Assembly: GCA_038496445.1 (NCBI GenBank)
Contig: JALMLS010000414.1
Location: forward strand, 124,001-188,000
Direction of reading: 5' to 3'
DNA: 64,000 nt
Origin: Trichosphaerium sp. ATCC 40318
Taxonomy: Eukaryota; Protista; Tubulinea
The notes beneath the pieces were generated by a model. It was not told the origin of the DNA. It ran no database searches and saw nothing but the letters and a program-made list of their open reading frames with translations. Of this stretch, positions 51,289 through 61,489 are shown piece after piece. A program made the position numbers and the translations under genes. Every line of letters begins with the position of its first letter. The stretch's first letter is position 1.

Positions 51289-52175
51289 TTAGACGTCTTC
51301 CAGCTTTGATCCATTAACATAAGTCCAATGACGTTCCAATATACCATCACGATTCCATGTCTTATATTCTCCATGTAATTTACCCTTGACAAAATAACTA
51401 CTCTCCTTCAATTTACCATTTTTATGCCAACTCTCATACTTCCCTTCTCGTTTCCCATTGACATACTCACTGTGTGATTCAGGTTTACCAGTATCATACC
51501 AAGTGTTCGAATTGCCTTCTAGTAATCCATGTGAGTAAGTACAATCTGCCTTCAATTGGCCGTTAGCATGCCACTGCTTGAACTCTCCTTCTCTCTTATC
51601 TTTAACATAGTTTTCCTTAGCTCTCAGCTGCCCATTAGAGTGCCACCTTCTGTGCTCTCCTTCATACTTCCCATTGACGAACTGGAAGTGATTTTTAATT
51701 TGACCATTCTCATGCCAATCCTTTAAATCTCCTTCCAGTTTACCTTTAACAGTATAAAACTGAGACCATAATTGACCGTTGTAACTCCAAGATAAACTCT
51801 CTCCATCGAGTACACCGTTATCAAAATAATCCTTTCCCCACATCTGCCCATTATCGTAGCATTTTATACATTCACCATGTTGCTTTCCGTTGAGGAAATG
51901 AAACTTACGAGATAATTTACCTTTTCTGTATTTCGTCCATTTTCCTTGCTTTTCAAGGTTCTCATTAAATCGTGATGTAATTGCGGCTTGTTTTGATAAT
52001 AAAGGCCATTTAATGAATAAATCGTGATCATAATCTGTTATATCCATGTGTAGCTCTACTGGAAGGTCCAGTAGACGTTTACCATAGACGAGTTTTTCCT
52101 GGTAAAAGTAATTAGTTCAACATATTTAAAACAATTACGGCCTACGGTATGTTGTTCACCCAACATCTGTAACAT
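51289..52175 (-). CDS. F-box-like + MORN2 repeat protein, intact
   Basis: RLLDLPVELHMDI..WPLLSKQAAITSRF..GKW plus about nine 24-aa MORN2 repeats. A short upstream exon is inferred from the ttttaccag acceptor near 52100. Confidence 0.85.
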
Positions 52176-52495
52176 GCTAGAAACTAAAGACTTGATTCGT
52201 TGAGTTGTTACAGAAATATGGATGAAGAAAATCACCCTGCTTACTTTAAAAGACTTTACAGTAAAATCTTTCAATGAATTTTGTTGTAGCAGACTTATCA
52301 GTTTCTTTGATGTTTATGGTAAACGTATGGTTATCTTTTAGCAGACGTATTATTTGATTTGGTCACATAATAACGAGACCACTTATCCACATATTATGGA
52401 AATTATATAAAACGTTGTAGCTGCTACTAAAACATTTACATTTATTGTAAAACTCTTTTAAATCATCCATGTGTATCGTATGATAAGGCGTTTTA

Positions 52496-55220
52496 CTAAC
52501 AGAATGGAGTCCAAGTACTGGTATCCAGCATCTTCTCATATGCTAGTGCTTGAATACGTAGAGGTTGTCTTGTTGGAGCACTTGGTATATCTCTTGGTTT
52601 TAATTGTATCATTTTTTGTCCTGTTATCCTTTTTGCAATCTCTTTACGGTCTTTTACTGGAATTCCTTTGATTTGAGACAAGTCCAACTAAACACGTGAG
52701 ATCAAAGCACAAACCAAAATGGTAGGAATGAAATGATGGAGTTACCTTGGTGAGATTAATACAGTGCTCTTCAATTTGTTTCAGTGTGACTTGAGTGATG
52801 GATGTACCTTTGAGACTCAAACATAATAAAGAACAAAATGGGAAACTTTCAAAAGTTCTTTTGAATGATTTGTCATTGAGTTTACTGTTCCCGTCAAGCA
52901 ACAGTGTCTTGAGATGACACATTGGTTGATCACCCCATTTTATCATGGTTAAATGATATAAGTTGATCAATGAGAGAAACTGTAATTGAGGTGTATTCAG
53001 CTCCAAATATTCAATAAAGCTTTCCGACAATTCTATATAAAGATTATGATTTGTAGATTAAGGTTAACGTACTCAATGTTTTCAAACAGGCGTTGGTTAT
53101 GGATAGTTGTTCACCATCAAGGCAACGAACTTCAGAAACAATAAGAGATGCTAGGTTATCAAAGTTCTCAATTGTTTCAGAGAAGATAAAGCAGTTAACC
53201 TTTACATCAATTATCTCAATATGTGTCACATTTCCTGTCCTTCTTGAAAAATGAGGAAACATACTGTGATTTCTTAGATACAGCTCTTTCTAAAAAAGAT
53301 TAATAACAGAACAAGTGTCTATGGTGGTTAAAGAGGAATGCTTGCTACAGTTGATCTACTGCTCATGTTGTTGTGCATCAAATGATCAAGCTCAAAAAAT
53401 GTTTGTTGTTGAAAGTTTACATACCAGAGAAGGACAATCAATCGTTGCATACACTGAATATTGGTCTTCACATTTATTCGCAATGTATTCAATTTTATCA
53501 TGAGAGATGAACCAAGTGATATTGCTTTTGAATGTGATGTATTTGGTCGTTGGAAAGCTTGTTATATACTTCACACCATCACCCGAACCCAAAGATATAT
53601 ATTCCAGTAATGGACAATTTACAGACACATTGCTAAATATGCTCATCACTTTATACATATGCAACACCCGCAGTGATGGCCTAAACATTTTTATGACATC
53701 TGGATTCAAGGAATTGAAGCCAAATGAAGCAATTTGTAGGGATGGATAGTTTGTGTCTTGTACAGCACGATTTAAATATAATCGCTTGAGATTTGGTGCA
53801 TCAATTGTTTTCTTTTGGAAAAGATAAGTCAGAGTATAGCAAAGAAAAAAGAGAAAACCTGACAAAAGTAACTTACAACAGACTCTCTGATGCACAAGAA
53901 CGTTTCAAGTGTGTCCGACTTAATAGAATCTAGTATAGTGCAATTCTCCAATTTCAATATTTTAAGTTGTTTAACAATCTTGGGAAGCACCTTTGTAATA
54001 ATAAGAGTGATTCCTATTCTTAAACAAAGGAACTACCTGTACTTACTTGTTTCAAGTATTTACACCGACCAAGTTTATCAACAAGTGATAATGCCTTGAG
54101 ATTTGGCGTTACAAACTTGGTAAATACATCCCGTCTCCGGCCTATACCAGCCACCTGAAGTGCCCTAAGTTATTTCAGAAAAAATTTAACAACAATCTTA
54201 TCATTTGTTTAGTTACATTACTTGTGGTAAGTTCAGTTCCATTAATTCACTTCCCATAAGAAATAGCTCTAGTATACTCAGACTTGGCATGGTTGCTATT
54301 ATATCAAGCATTGATTGATGACGTATTGAAATTCTCAAGTGTTCCAACCTTTTTTGTGATTGTAGTTAGTTGTTTAAAGTTCAATCCTAAAGAAGCACAT
54401 ACCCACTTAGTCCAAGTTCTTTAAAGTTTTTTACCTCTTCATTGCTTTTAATATGTAAATGATATTTCAAAGTCTTCAGTCGCTGCAACAGTCTTCTTTT
54501 TTTGGCACTTGAAAAAAAAAAAACAGTTAGAAGTCAACCACTATTTTTGTTTAATCTTTGTCATACTCATTGCTGTACTCCAGAAGCTTTTCCTCAAGTG
54601 GCTTACACAACAAAAAATCCAGGTATTCAATAGGACACTCTGACATTATTGCATCAAACCAGTCCCATGTGAACTCAAACAGTATTAAACATAACCTATA
54701 TATTGTTTAACATACCTTGAGCTTCAATGTTTGACCACCCATTGTCTATGATTGTACATTAGATCACAACAAGTAAAGAATATAAATAAGTTTAATTACC
54801 AACGATTTGAGATTTTTGTAATCCTTTGCCATTTTCTTTAATACTGTGAGGTCAGAAGCAAGCAACTTTTGTTTTTTGATGATCAATGATCCAATAGACA
54901 TCTTATTTGGAACCTTTTTAAGTACGTTTTTGAGATCCTCTAACAAGAAAACCAGTTAGTGAGACATTTGAATCAGTTCCTTTTTAAGAAACAAACCTTG
55001 TTTTAATAAATACGTACTTGTTATTGTTAGACTTTTAAGCAAATGTGCTTCACACATGTCAAACCAATATTTACACGTTGATCTACATGCCACGTGATCA
55101 GAACTTTCTAGAAACTTGATAATATGTACAAGTACTTCCAGAGGAACACCGTCATTCACCTATTATGCACAACAGTAAGATGAATCACCAAATAGAAATA
55201 CATTACGAGACATACATAAC
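52496..55220 (-). CDS. F-box/LRR protein, many exons
   Basis: VPLEVLVHIIKFLESSDHVACRSTCKYW followed by LRR-like exons (APNLKRLYL, CPLLEYISL, PQLQFLSL, LKTLLL). Confidence 0.75.
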
Positions 55221-56394
55221 ATAATGTATTTGTGTTTGTCAAATCTTCTTGTTTTCTCTTGGTACCAGGCTGGCGAATATCATCCGTATCGGCTTTAATC
55301 TTCTCGCTTGTTTTTCGTTCCTGTAAAAGAATTAATCAGAGAATGCACGTCGTACAAACCAACGAGCGAACATAAAGCGAAACAACTTCAGTTTTCGGTT
55401 TAAAAGACGTAAGATCTATATTTGCATTACATCAATCCGAGAATCGAAGACAGCACTTGTACAAACCTAAAGAGATATTTACGTACTGGTTTTATGCTAA
55501 ACACTTGTCTTTGCTTTGAATAAAGCACATTGCGAAGTTTAGAGATTTCTTGTAACAGCGATTTGCGTAAATCTAGATTAAACGTCATACTCTAGATCCT
55601 CACGATGTTTTTAGCGTACCAGCGCTAATAGAGAGTGTTTTCTTTATTTTTGCGGTTGTTAACGCCATTAATTGTTTTCCGTTTAATCCAACCTCTCTAA
55701 ACGCGATTTAGTGTAATTACATGGAGTACAGCGTACTTGGCACTATTAGCGACTTCCCCAAGGCCTACATTGTCCAACCACCCACACACCTCATCTACAG
55801 ACCAGTACGTTTCCATAGTGTAGCTTGCAGGTGTAACTGTAGAGCAATTAAGCAACACTAAGGCAAATGTCACGATTTGTAATTAAAAAAAGGTGCAATA
55901 TGGTTTCCAAGCCTGAAAGCAGCGTATCAGTCTTATCGGTATTAACAAAGTGCTACAATTGATTGAGATACATCACGCGAGGTTTTAACCTGAATAGCGC
56001 TATTTTATTTTAACGCTAAGCTTACTTTCTAAAAGGCCATTCCCGGTTTGTAGTACTCACGTGACTTTCTGTACTTATGCTCACATGAAGTACTCCCGCC
56101 ACAAGGATACACTAATGGCAGAGCTTGCAGAGTTGCAAAAGGCTATCTATGCTCACAAACCAACTCGAAAAATAAGGCTTAGCGCTAGCACAAAATAGCG
56201 TTATTTCAGGTCAAATCCTCGATCTTGAACAAGAAACAGCACTTTATTTCTTGAACACCATAGCACCCAGTAATAGTTTCCTTATTTTTTCGATCTTCTT
56301 TTTTCGCTTATTTTCCATAAGTAAGCGGTCAGTACAACAAAAAAAGCACATCAAATACTCTTAGTCTACACAAAACACTAATTGAAGAGCGAAT

Positions 56395-57206
56395 ATGGCA
56401 TCACTAAACCCAAGAGATGACGAATACACTGGCATTAATATTTCAACGGATACAATTCTATACAAACGACAGAGAAGGCGTAAAATTGGTTATTGGATAG
56501 CTTTTGCTTTTACGACTACAGCTCTCGTATTTTCATTCTTCGCCATGATTGCGCCTTCCTGGCAGGTAGAAATAAAGTACATGTCTCAAAATCAGCTTTT
56601 CTTTTTTGGCAATCCCACGTGACAAATCACATGAGTTACAGTTTTTTTTTTTTAGAGGCTCCAGGCACTTTGGTTTACTGTGGGGATCGAGCAATAGCAC
56701 TTCGTTCGCGTTACCTACTGAAAAGAGGTTAGAAAGACAAAACGGCTTTTTTTTTCGCTTCGTTGATTCGTAAATAGGTCTGCAGGCGTCGTAGGCTTTA
56801 TTTTGTTTTTGATTGCATTCATATGGGGTATAATCGCTGCTGTATACTATATTTTAAAGGCTGTCAATAGGTACGTCAAAAGGTAATGGCTTAGTAACAT
56901 TGAAATGTATTAGGAAGAGTATCAATTTAAAATTTAAAGTTGCATTACTTCCGTGGATGCAAAAAATGCTGCTAGGAGCTATTACTACAAGTACAGTATT
57001 CTCTCTCGGTGGTATGATTGCTTGGGCTGGATTGGTAGGCTTCAATGGCTATAGATTTGGGTACACAACAGACAGCAACAGATAAAAAGATTGATTGTTC
57101 GTTTTTTAGATATTGTTTCTACTTTGAACTGTTGGCCATACTACTTTCCGTAGGCGCTGCAGTGATGATACTACTTCGGAAGAGAAAAACAATTTCATAC
57201 GTGTGA
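56395..57206 (+). CDS. Claudin/PMP22-like four-TM protein
   Basis: Four hydrophobic segments, P-S-W after TM1 and GYCFYF before TM4; four GT-AG introns. Confidence 0.65.
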
Positions 57207-57428
57207 CAATGCAGCGAACGAGCCAAGCTCAAATGTAGAGCAAGAACAAATAAACAAGTTGACAAAAAAAGTTTGATTTATTTCTCAGTTTTTTGAACAG
57301 AGTATTCTTTACAACTTCGCTCTTCGTCAGTTTCATTCTGCTGATTTACAGTGTAGTGCGCTGACCTGTAAAGTTATGAGTAAAAGAGCATAACAATAGT
57401 AAAATCAAACAAGATTTTTCGGTTTTAT

Positions 57429-57505
57429 GCGAATGTCAGTAATGGTTATTGTTTTCTCTCAAATAATTTCGGATGTCCCTACGCCATTAATTCTCATCAC
57501 GTCGC
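57429..57505 (-). ncRNA. Box C/D snoRNA, SNORD74/snR64-like
   Basis: gcgac-GTGATGA(C)...GGCGTAGGGACAT-CCGA(D')...CTGA(D)-cattcgc with a GCGA/TCGC terminal stem. The guide is antisense to the conserved LSU TGTCCCTA. Confidence 0.85.
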
Positions 57506-57678
57506 GTTTCGGAAGAAAAAAAAAAAACAGGAAACGTATTGGTGACTTACCAAAGAGTTTTGAAGCCTGTGTATCATGTCACCGATTGACCATTACGTCG
57601 TCTACTTGCTTTTTACCTTGATTGGGTCAGTTCCACTTCAAAGAGAAGAAAAGAAGAGAAATAAAGTTGAGTTTTTTT

Positions 57679-57749
57679 GTAGAATCATTAACGAAAGGTA
57701 AAATCACTAACAGTCATACGGTAACACCCGTTAACATAATCACTTCGAC
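57679..57749 (-). ncRNA. Box C/D snoRNA candidate, SNORD65/snR77-like D' guide
   Basis: gtcgaa-GTGATTA(C)..GGTGTTACCGT-ATGA(D')..GTGATT(C')..TTACCTTTCGTTA-ATGA(D)-ttctac with a terminal stem. The guides resemble antisense to SSU CGGTAA and AACGAAAG. Confidence 0.6.
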
Positions 57750-57924
57750 TTTGTAAAAGAAAAAAAAATCAAAAGGCAAATAAGAAGGCATATCGTACAT
57801 TAAGAGCAAGCAAATCACTGTAAAGGCATTCTAATCGATGCAGACAACGTCTGGGGTAACACTAGAGTAATCGTCAACAAGCTATACGACAGCATAGTTG
57901 CAAAAAAGTGAGAAAGTTTTTGAG

Positions 57925-58005
57925 AAAATCAGTAGTGTGCTTGTGAAGCGTTGTGAATCACGAAGTCCTCTTAAACACGGATCAAGTTAATTGGGCATCA
58001 TAAAA
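57925..58005 (-). ncRNA. Box C/D snoRNA, U18 (SNORD18)-like, copy 1
   Basis: ATGATGC(C)..CTTGATCCGTGTTT-AAGA(D')..GTGATT(C')..CTGA(D). The guide is antisense to the conserved LSU AAACACGGA(C/T)CAAG. Confidence 0.8.
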
Positions 58006-58252
58006 GACGGTTTCTTGCGCACATCAAACGCAAAGCGAAGGATGTACGGTCGGATGAACCAAAAATAATTTGAATCGATGCGATTTGACAGAAATAAGTA
58101 CCTTTGGTGTTATGACGTTGGCGTGAGTGCGCTTTTTAAGGCGTTCGTTTGTTTTTCTCGATACATTGACGGATTGTTATCTCATCGCGTCCTAGTTTGA
58201 TTATTAGATTGGTTTCTTGGGAAAATCGAAAGAACAAGGGTTTTTTTGCAAT

Positions 58253-58333
58253 AGAATCAGCGGGGTGCTTGTGAAGCGATGTGAATCACGAAGTCCTCTT
58301 AAACACGGATCAAGTTTGTTGGGCATCACTTTA
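58253..58333 (-). ncRNA. Box C/D snoRNA, U18-like, copy 2
   Basis: GTGATGC..CTTGATCCGTGTTT-AAGA..GTGATT..CTGA. Identity with copy 1 is confined to the span from box C to box D. Confidence 0.8.
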
Positions 58334-58711
58334 AAAGCAACAAACAGCGTTTTGGAAAGCAAGGAACGTACCATGTATTGTCTATGTACAAACGATAGTC
58401 GTAGACAGCAACTTTATAGTCAGTTGTGTTGTTGAAGGCATTTGATGTGGAATTTATGACAATTTCGACCCAAAAAAAACTTCGCAAAGAAAAAGAAGGG
58501 CGAAACTTGGGTGATTTTTTTTTATACTGCACTTGAAGCTATTAACTGCATTGGTGGTGAACGTAGAGTGTAAATTATGTCAAGTGTCAAAGACGCTCCA
58601 AATCGAAAAAAATTGACAATTTCATTATCTTATAAACAAAGCGGTGTCTAGAGGCTAGAACACCGGTTATGTAAACAAGGTTGACTCGTAACATTACTAA
58701 GTGTCAAAGTT

Positions 58712-60440
58712 ATGCAAGGTGGAGAAGACTACGACATACTTACCGCAAAATGGCCTGAGGACGATACAAGACGCGGTAAGCGCCTACTACGTGAGCTCAC
58801 TGCAGAACGCGCAATAGAAGAGGCACAGACTAAACTACAGTACGTAATTTATAGCGCCTTGGCATGTTTAAAAGGTGTTAACGCCGTCAGGGAAGAAAAG
58901 GATGCTCTCATCATCTGTGGCCATGAACCACCCGAAGAGAGCCCTAGTAACATAGCAAAAGCTTGTTTAGCTGCTAATGATAAAATTTTCGCTCGGAAGC
59001 GCGCTGAGAACCTATCCTTCACGCCGGTACGCATGTTAGAATACTGTAACATGCATAACACGCCCAGCAATGCGTTTTAATTATTCCAACTTGGAATTCC
59101 TTGCTATCGCATCACCAAGTGTCATAATCGCTACACCAGCTGCTTTCACCTATTTCCTACGTATCCGTTAAATTGTTTCAACTAATCTCCACACAAGGAC
59201 GAAAAAAAGGACGTCTACAACCGTGTAGCAAAATCGTGCCAATTTGGGGACCTTTGGGCTTGTTATCAAGAAGGTACGAATTCAGAAAAACATTTTTAGG
59301 ATAAACTTTGTGCATTTTGTATTTCCTTCTCTTGCCTCTAATTGACTCTATAGCCGCTATGAAAGTCGAAGGATATGGTACAGATAAGAATGCAGAGAAA
59401 GGTATGTCATACAGGGTGCCACAAAACGCCATTGCGCCTATGTTGTATCAGGAGTGTCTTCGCTTTTTGAATTTTAATAATGCGCCGTTTAACTTGCGTT
59501 AAGGTAAACAAAACCTCGGAGAGGCTTTGAAGAACGCATCAGACCTCTGTAATGAGTGTGATGATGCAGTAGCATGCAATCAGTTGGGTAAGTTCAGTCT
59601 TACAGTACGCCATGATCCAAAGGCGGCAGTAGCTCTATGGGATAAAGCGTGCACTTTGGGAGATGTAAGTTTTTTTATGTTGAATTCAATAGAAAACACG
59701 TTTTAACCATGTGATTGTATACTCACAGCGTATAGTCAGAAGCATGCCATAATGTAGGCGTTCATTATTACAATATAAAGAAAATTGGGTTAGTTTTCAC
59801 TTACAAGAAATAAAAGTAATGTTTTTCTGCTTAGGTTTGAAGATTACTTCGAAAAAGGATGTGACCAAGGTAACATTACTAGCTGCGCGTACTTGGCACA
59901 TCACAAAATGTACGTCAATATCCGCTGTTACTATTTTTCTCCTGGTGACTGAGACCACTCTTTTACTTTTTGCGTAGAAATCTGGATCTCTCGTCAGCGT
60001 TAAAACTTGCTGTAAAAGCATGTGATAGTGGTCATTGCGAAGGTGATGATCCTACTTTTGATCTTAATTTCTGGCTCTCAGAGATGTACCAAAGGAACCA
60101 ACGTGTTGATTTAAAACATTTACTCATACATTGGCGAAATTTTAATGAAGCAACAAAATACGCATGGTTGTCATGTCAAAATTGCAAATTTTCTCAAGGT
60201 AAGAAAACACAACCAACACCAACAAGTATTCTCGCCAATAGTACTAATTTCTTCCCAAAAGGATGCCTGAAAATGGGTTTTTGGTACGACAAAGGCCTCG
60301 CTGGTTTGAATAAGAGTAAAGAACAAGCAGAACGATTTTATAGAGAAGGATGTCAACTAGGTAACCTAGAGGCATGCGTGCATCTTGGATACGTGTCTGA
60401 AGGTAGAGTAACACCAGATATTGTTGACTTTATGGTCTGA
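58712..60440 (+). CDS. Sel1-like (Cys-rich Hcp/COA7-type) repeat protein, multi-exon
   Basis: KSCQFGDLWACY, LWDKACTLGD/SEACHNVG, YFEKGCDQ and FYREGCQLGNLEACVHLG. Confidence 0.75.
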
Positions 60441-60866
60441 AAAAAAATAAAACAAAAAAAAAAATAAAATCAACAATTTTTTCAACTCATCGCACTTCGT
60501 CCATGTATTACTCTATACCAGTTTATTATAAACACGGTTTTCTAGAGCGTCAATGTAGCTTTTCGACATGAGTACCTCAAGCAAACAAGAAAAAGTCGTT
60601 TAGGTTCAAAAAAATACGTCTGATTTGGTTGGATTGAGGTATTTATTATAAAACAGTTCAAGAGTACCACAAGACATCTTGTCGTTCCAACTAAAAGAAG
60701 AAGAGTCAGTTGAAGTCACTAAACGAGAAGAGGAAGAGAAAAAAACCGAGCAAGACGCCACGTGAGACGTTTGAAAGTTTTTTAAAGTTCAAAAAGTCTG
60801 CGGGTGATTTCCCTCCTAATTGCGCGAAAAGTGGTTCAAAGAAGATGTAGTAATACGTACGCCAAT

Positions 60867-61489
60867 TTACCAGTCATCATCGTCATCGGAACCACCAAAG
60901 AGACCACCACCGCCGAGGTCTGCTTCAGATTCTTCTTCTTCCTCCTCTTCTGGTTCTGGTTCAGCTTCAGCTGCAGCATCGCCAGCAGCAGCAGGGGCAT
61001 CACCACCAGCAGCTATAGCGAGTGTTAGTTGAATTTTGCTTTTTCGTTCCCACACAACAAAAATACGGCGTTTGTGGTGTTTTTTAGTGATACGCGAGCT
61101 ATAAAACGTATTTTTTGTACGAACGCTGTTTTTTGCATCGCACATCAAACGGTGAAGAATTTATGTAGAAAAGCCGCCCGCTATAGAGTCTAGAGTGTCG
61201 CTAACGTACCAGCGCCGCCAGATGTGCTCAAAATAAGATCGTCAATACTGTTAGATTTGAGGACCTTTGCGAATAGACCAGGCCAGTACGGTTGCATGTC
61301 TGTAATATTAGCAGCTTTTACGAGAGTGGCCAATTTTTCAGCTGTGACTTCGAGCCCTTCATCGTGCAAAATAAGGGCAGCGTATGTGCAAGCAAGTTCG
61401 TCGCGTTTACCTGTTTCATTAGTTATTTAACAATTCTCTTTATTTACAACGCGTTTAAACGTTTTTAAGAGCTACGTGCCGTCAGACAT
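60867..61489 (-). CDS. RPLP1: 60S acidic ribosomal protein P1, 3 exons
   Basis: [50 protein letters not shown].., an Ala-rich hinge and [25 protein letters not shown]. Introns at 61411-61479 and 61013-61209. Confidence 0.95.

Larger units (their letters stand above)
57280..58540 (-). ncRNA. Putative spliced non-coding snoRNA host gene
   Basis: Series of minus-strand donors and acceptors (e.g. GTACGT near 58370, GTAAGT near 57550, TTACAG near 57365 and 57820) around tiny exons. Joining the first internal exons gives stops in all frames. The introns carry box C/D snoRNAs. Ends approximate. Confidence 0.6.

Noticed and set aside
3532-52175. Whole window as a giant endogenous viral element
   Set aside because: No capsid, polymerase or packaging ATPase hallmark was seen, and the repeat genes are interspersed with intron-rich host genes such as ELOC and RPLP1.
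57930-58330. The ~65-bp direct repeat as a CRISPR repeat, rRNA fragment or duplicated coding exon
   Set aside because: Only two copies, no cas genes and a eukaryotic context. The rRNA match is short and bracketed by C/D boxes on the minus strand, and copy 1 has stops.
61013-61209. snoRNA in the long second intron of RPLP1
   Set aside because: No convincing C/D pair or H/ACA boxes were found by eye.
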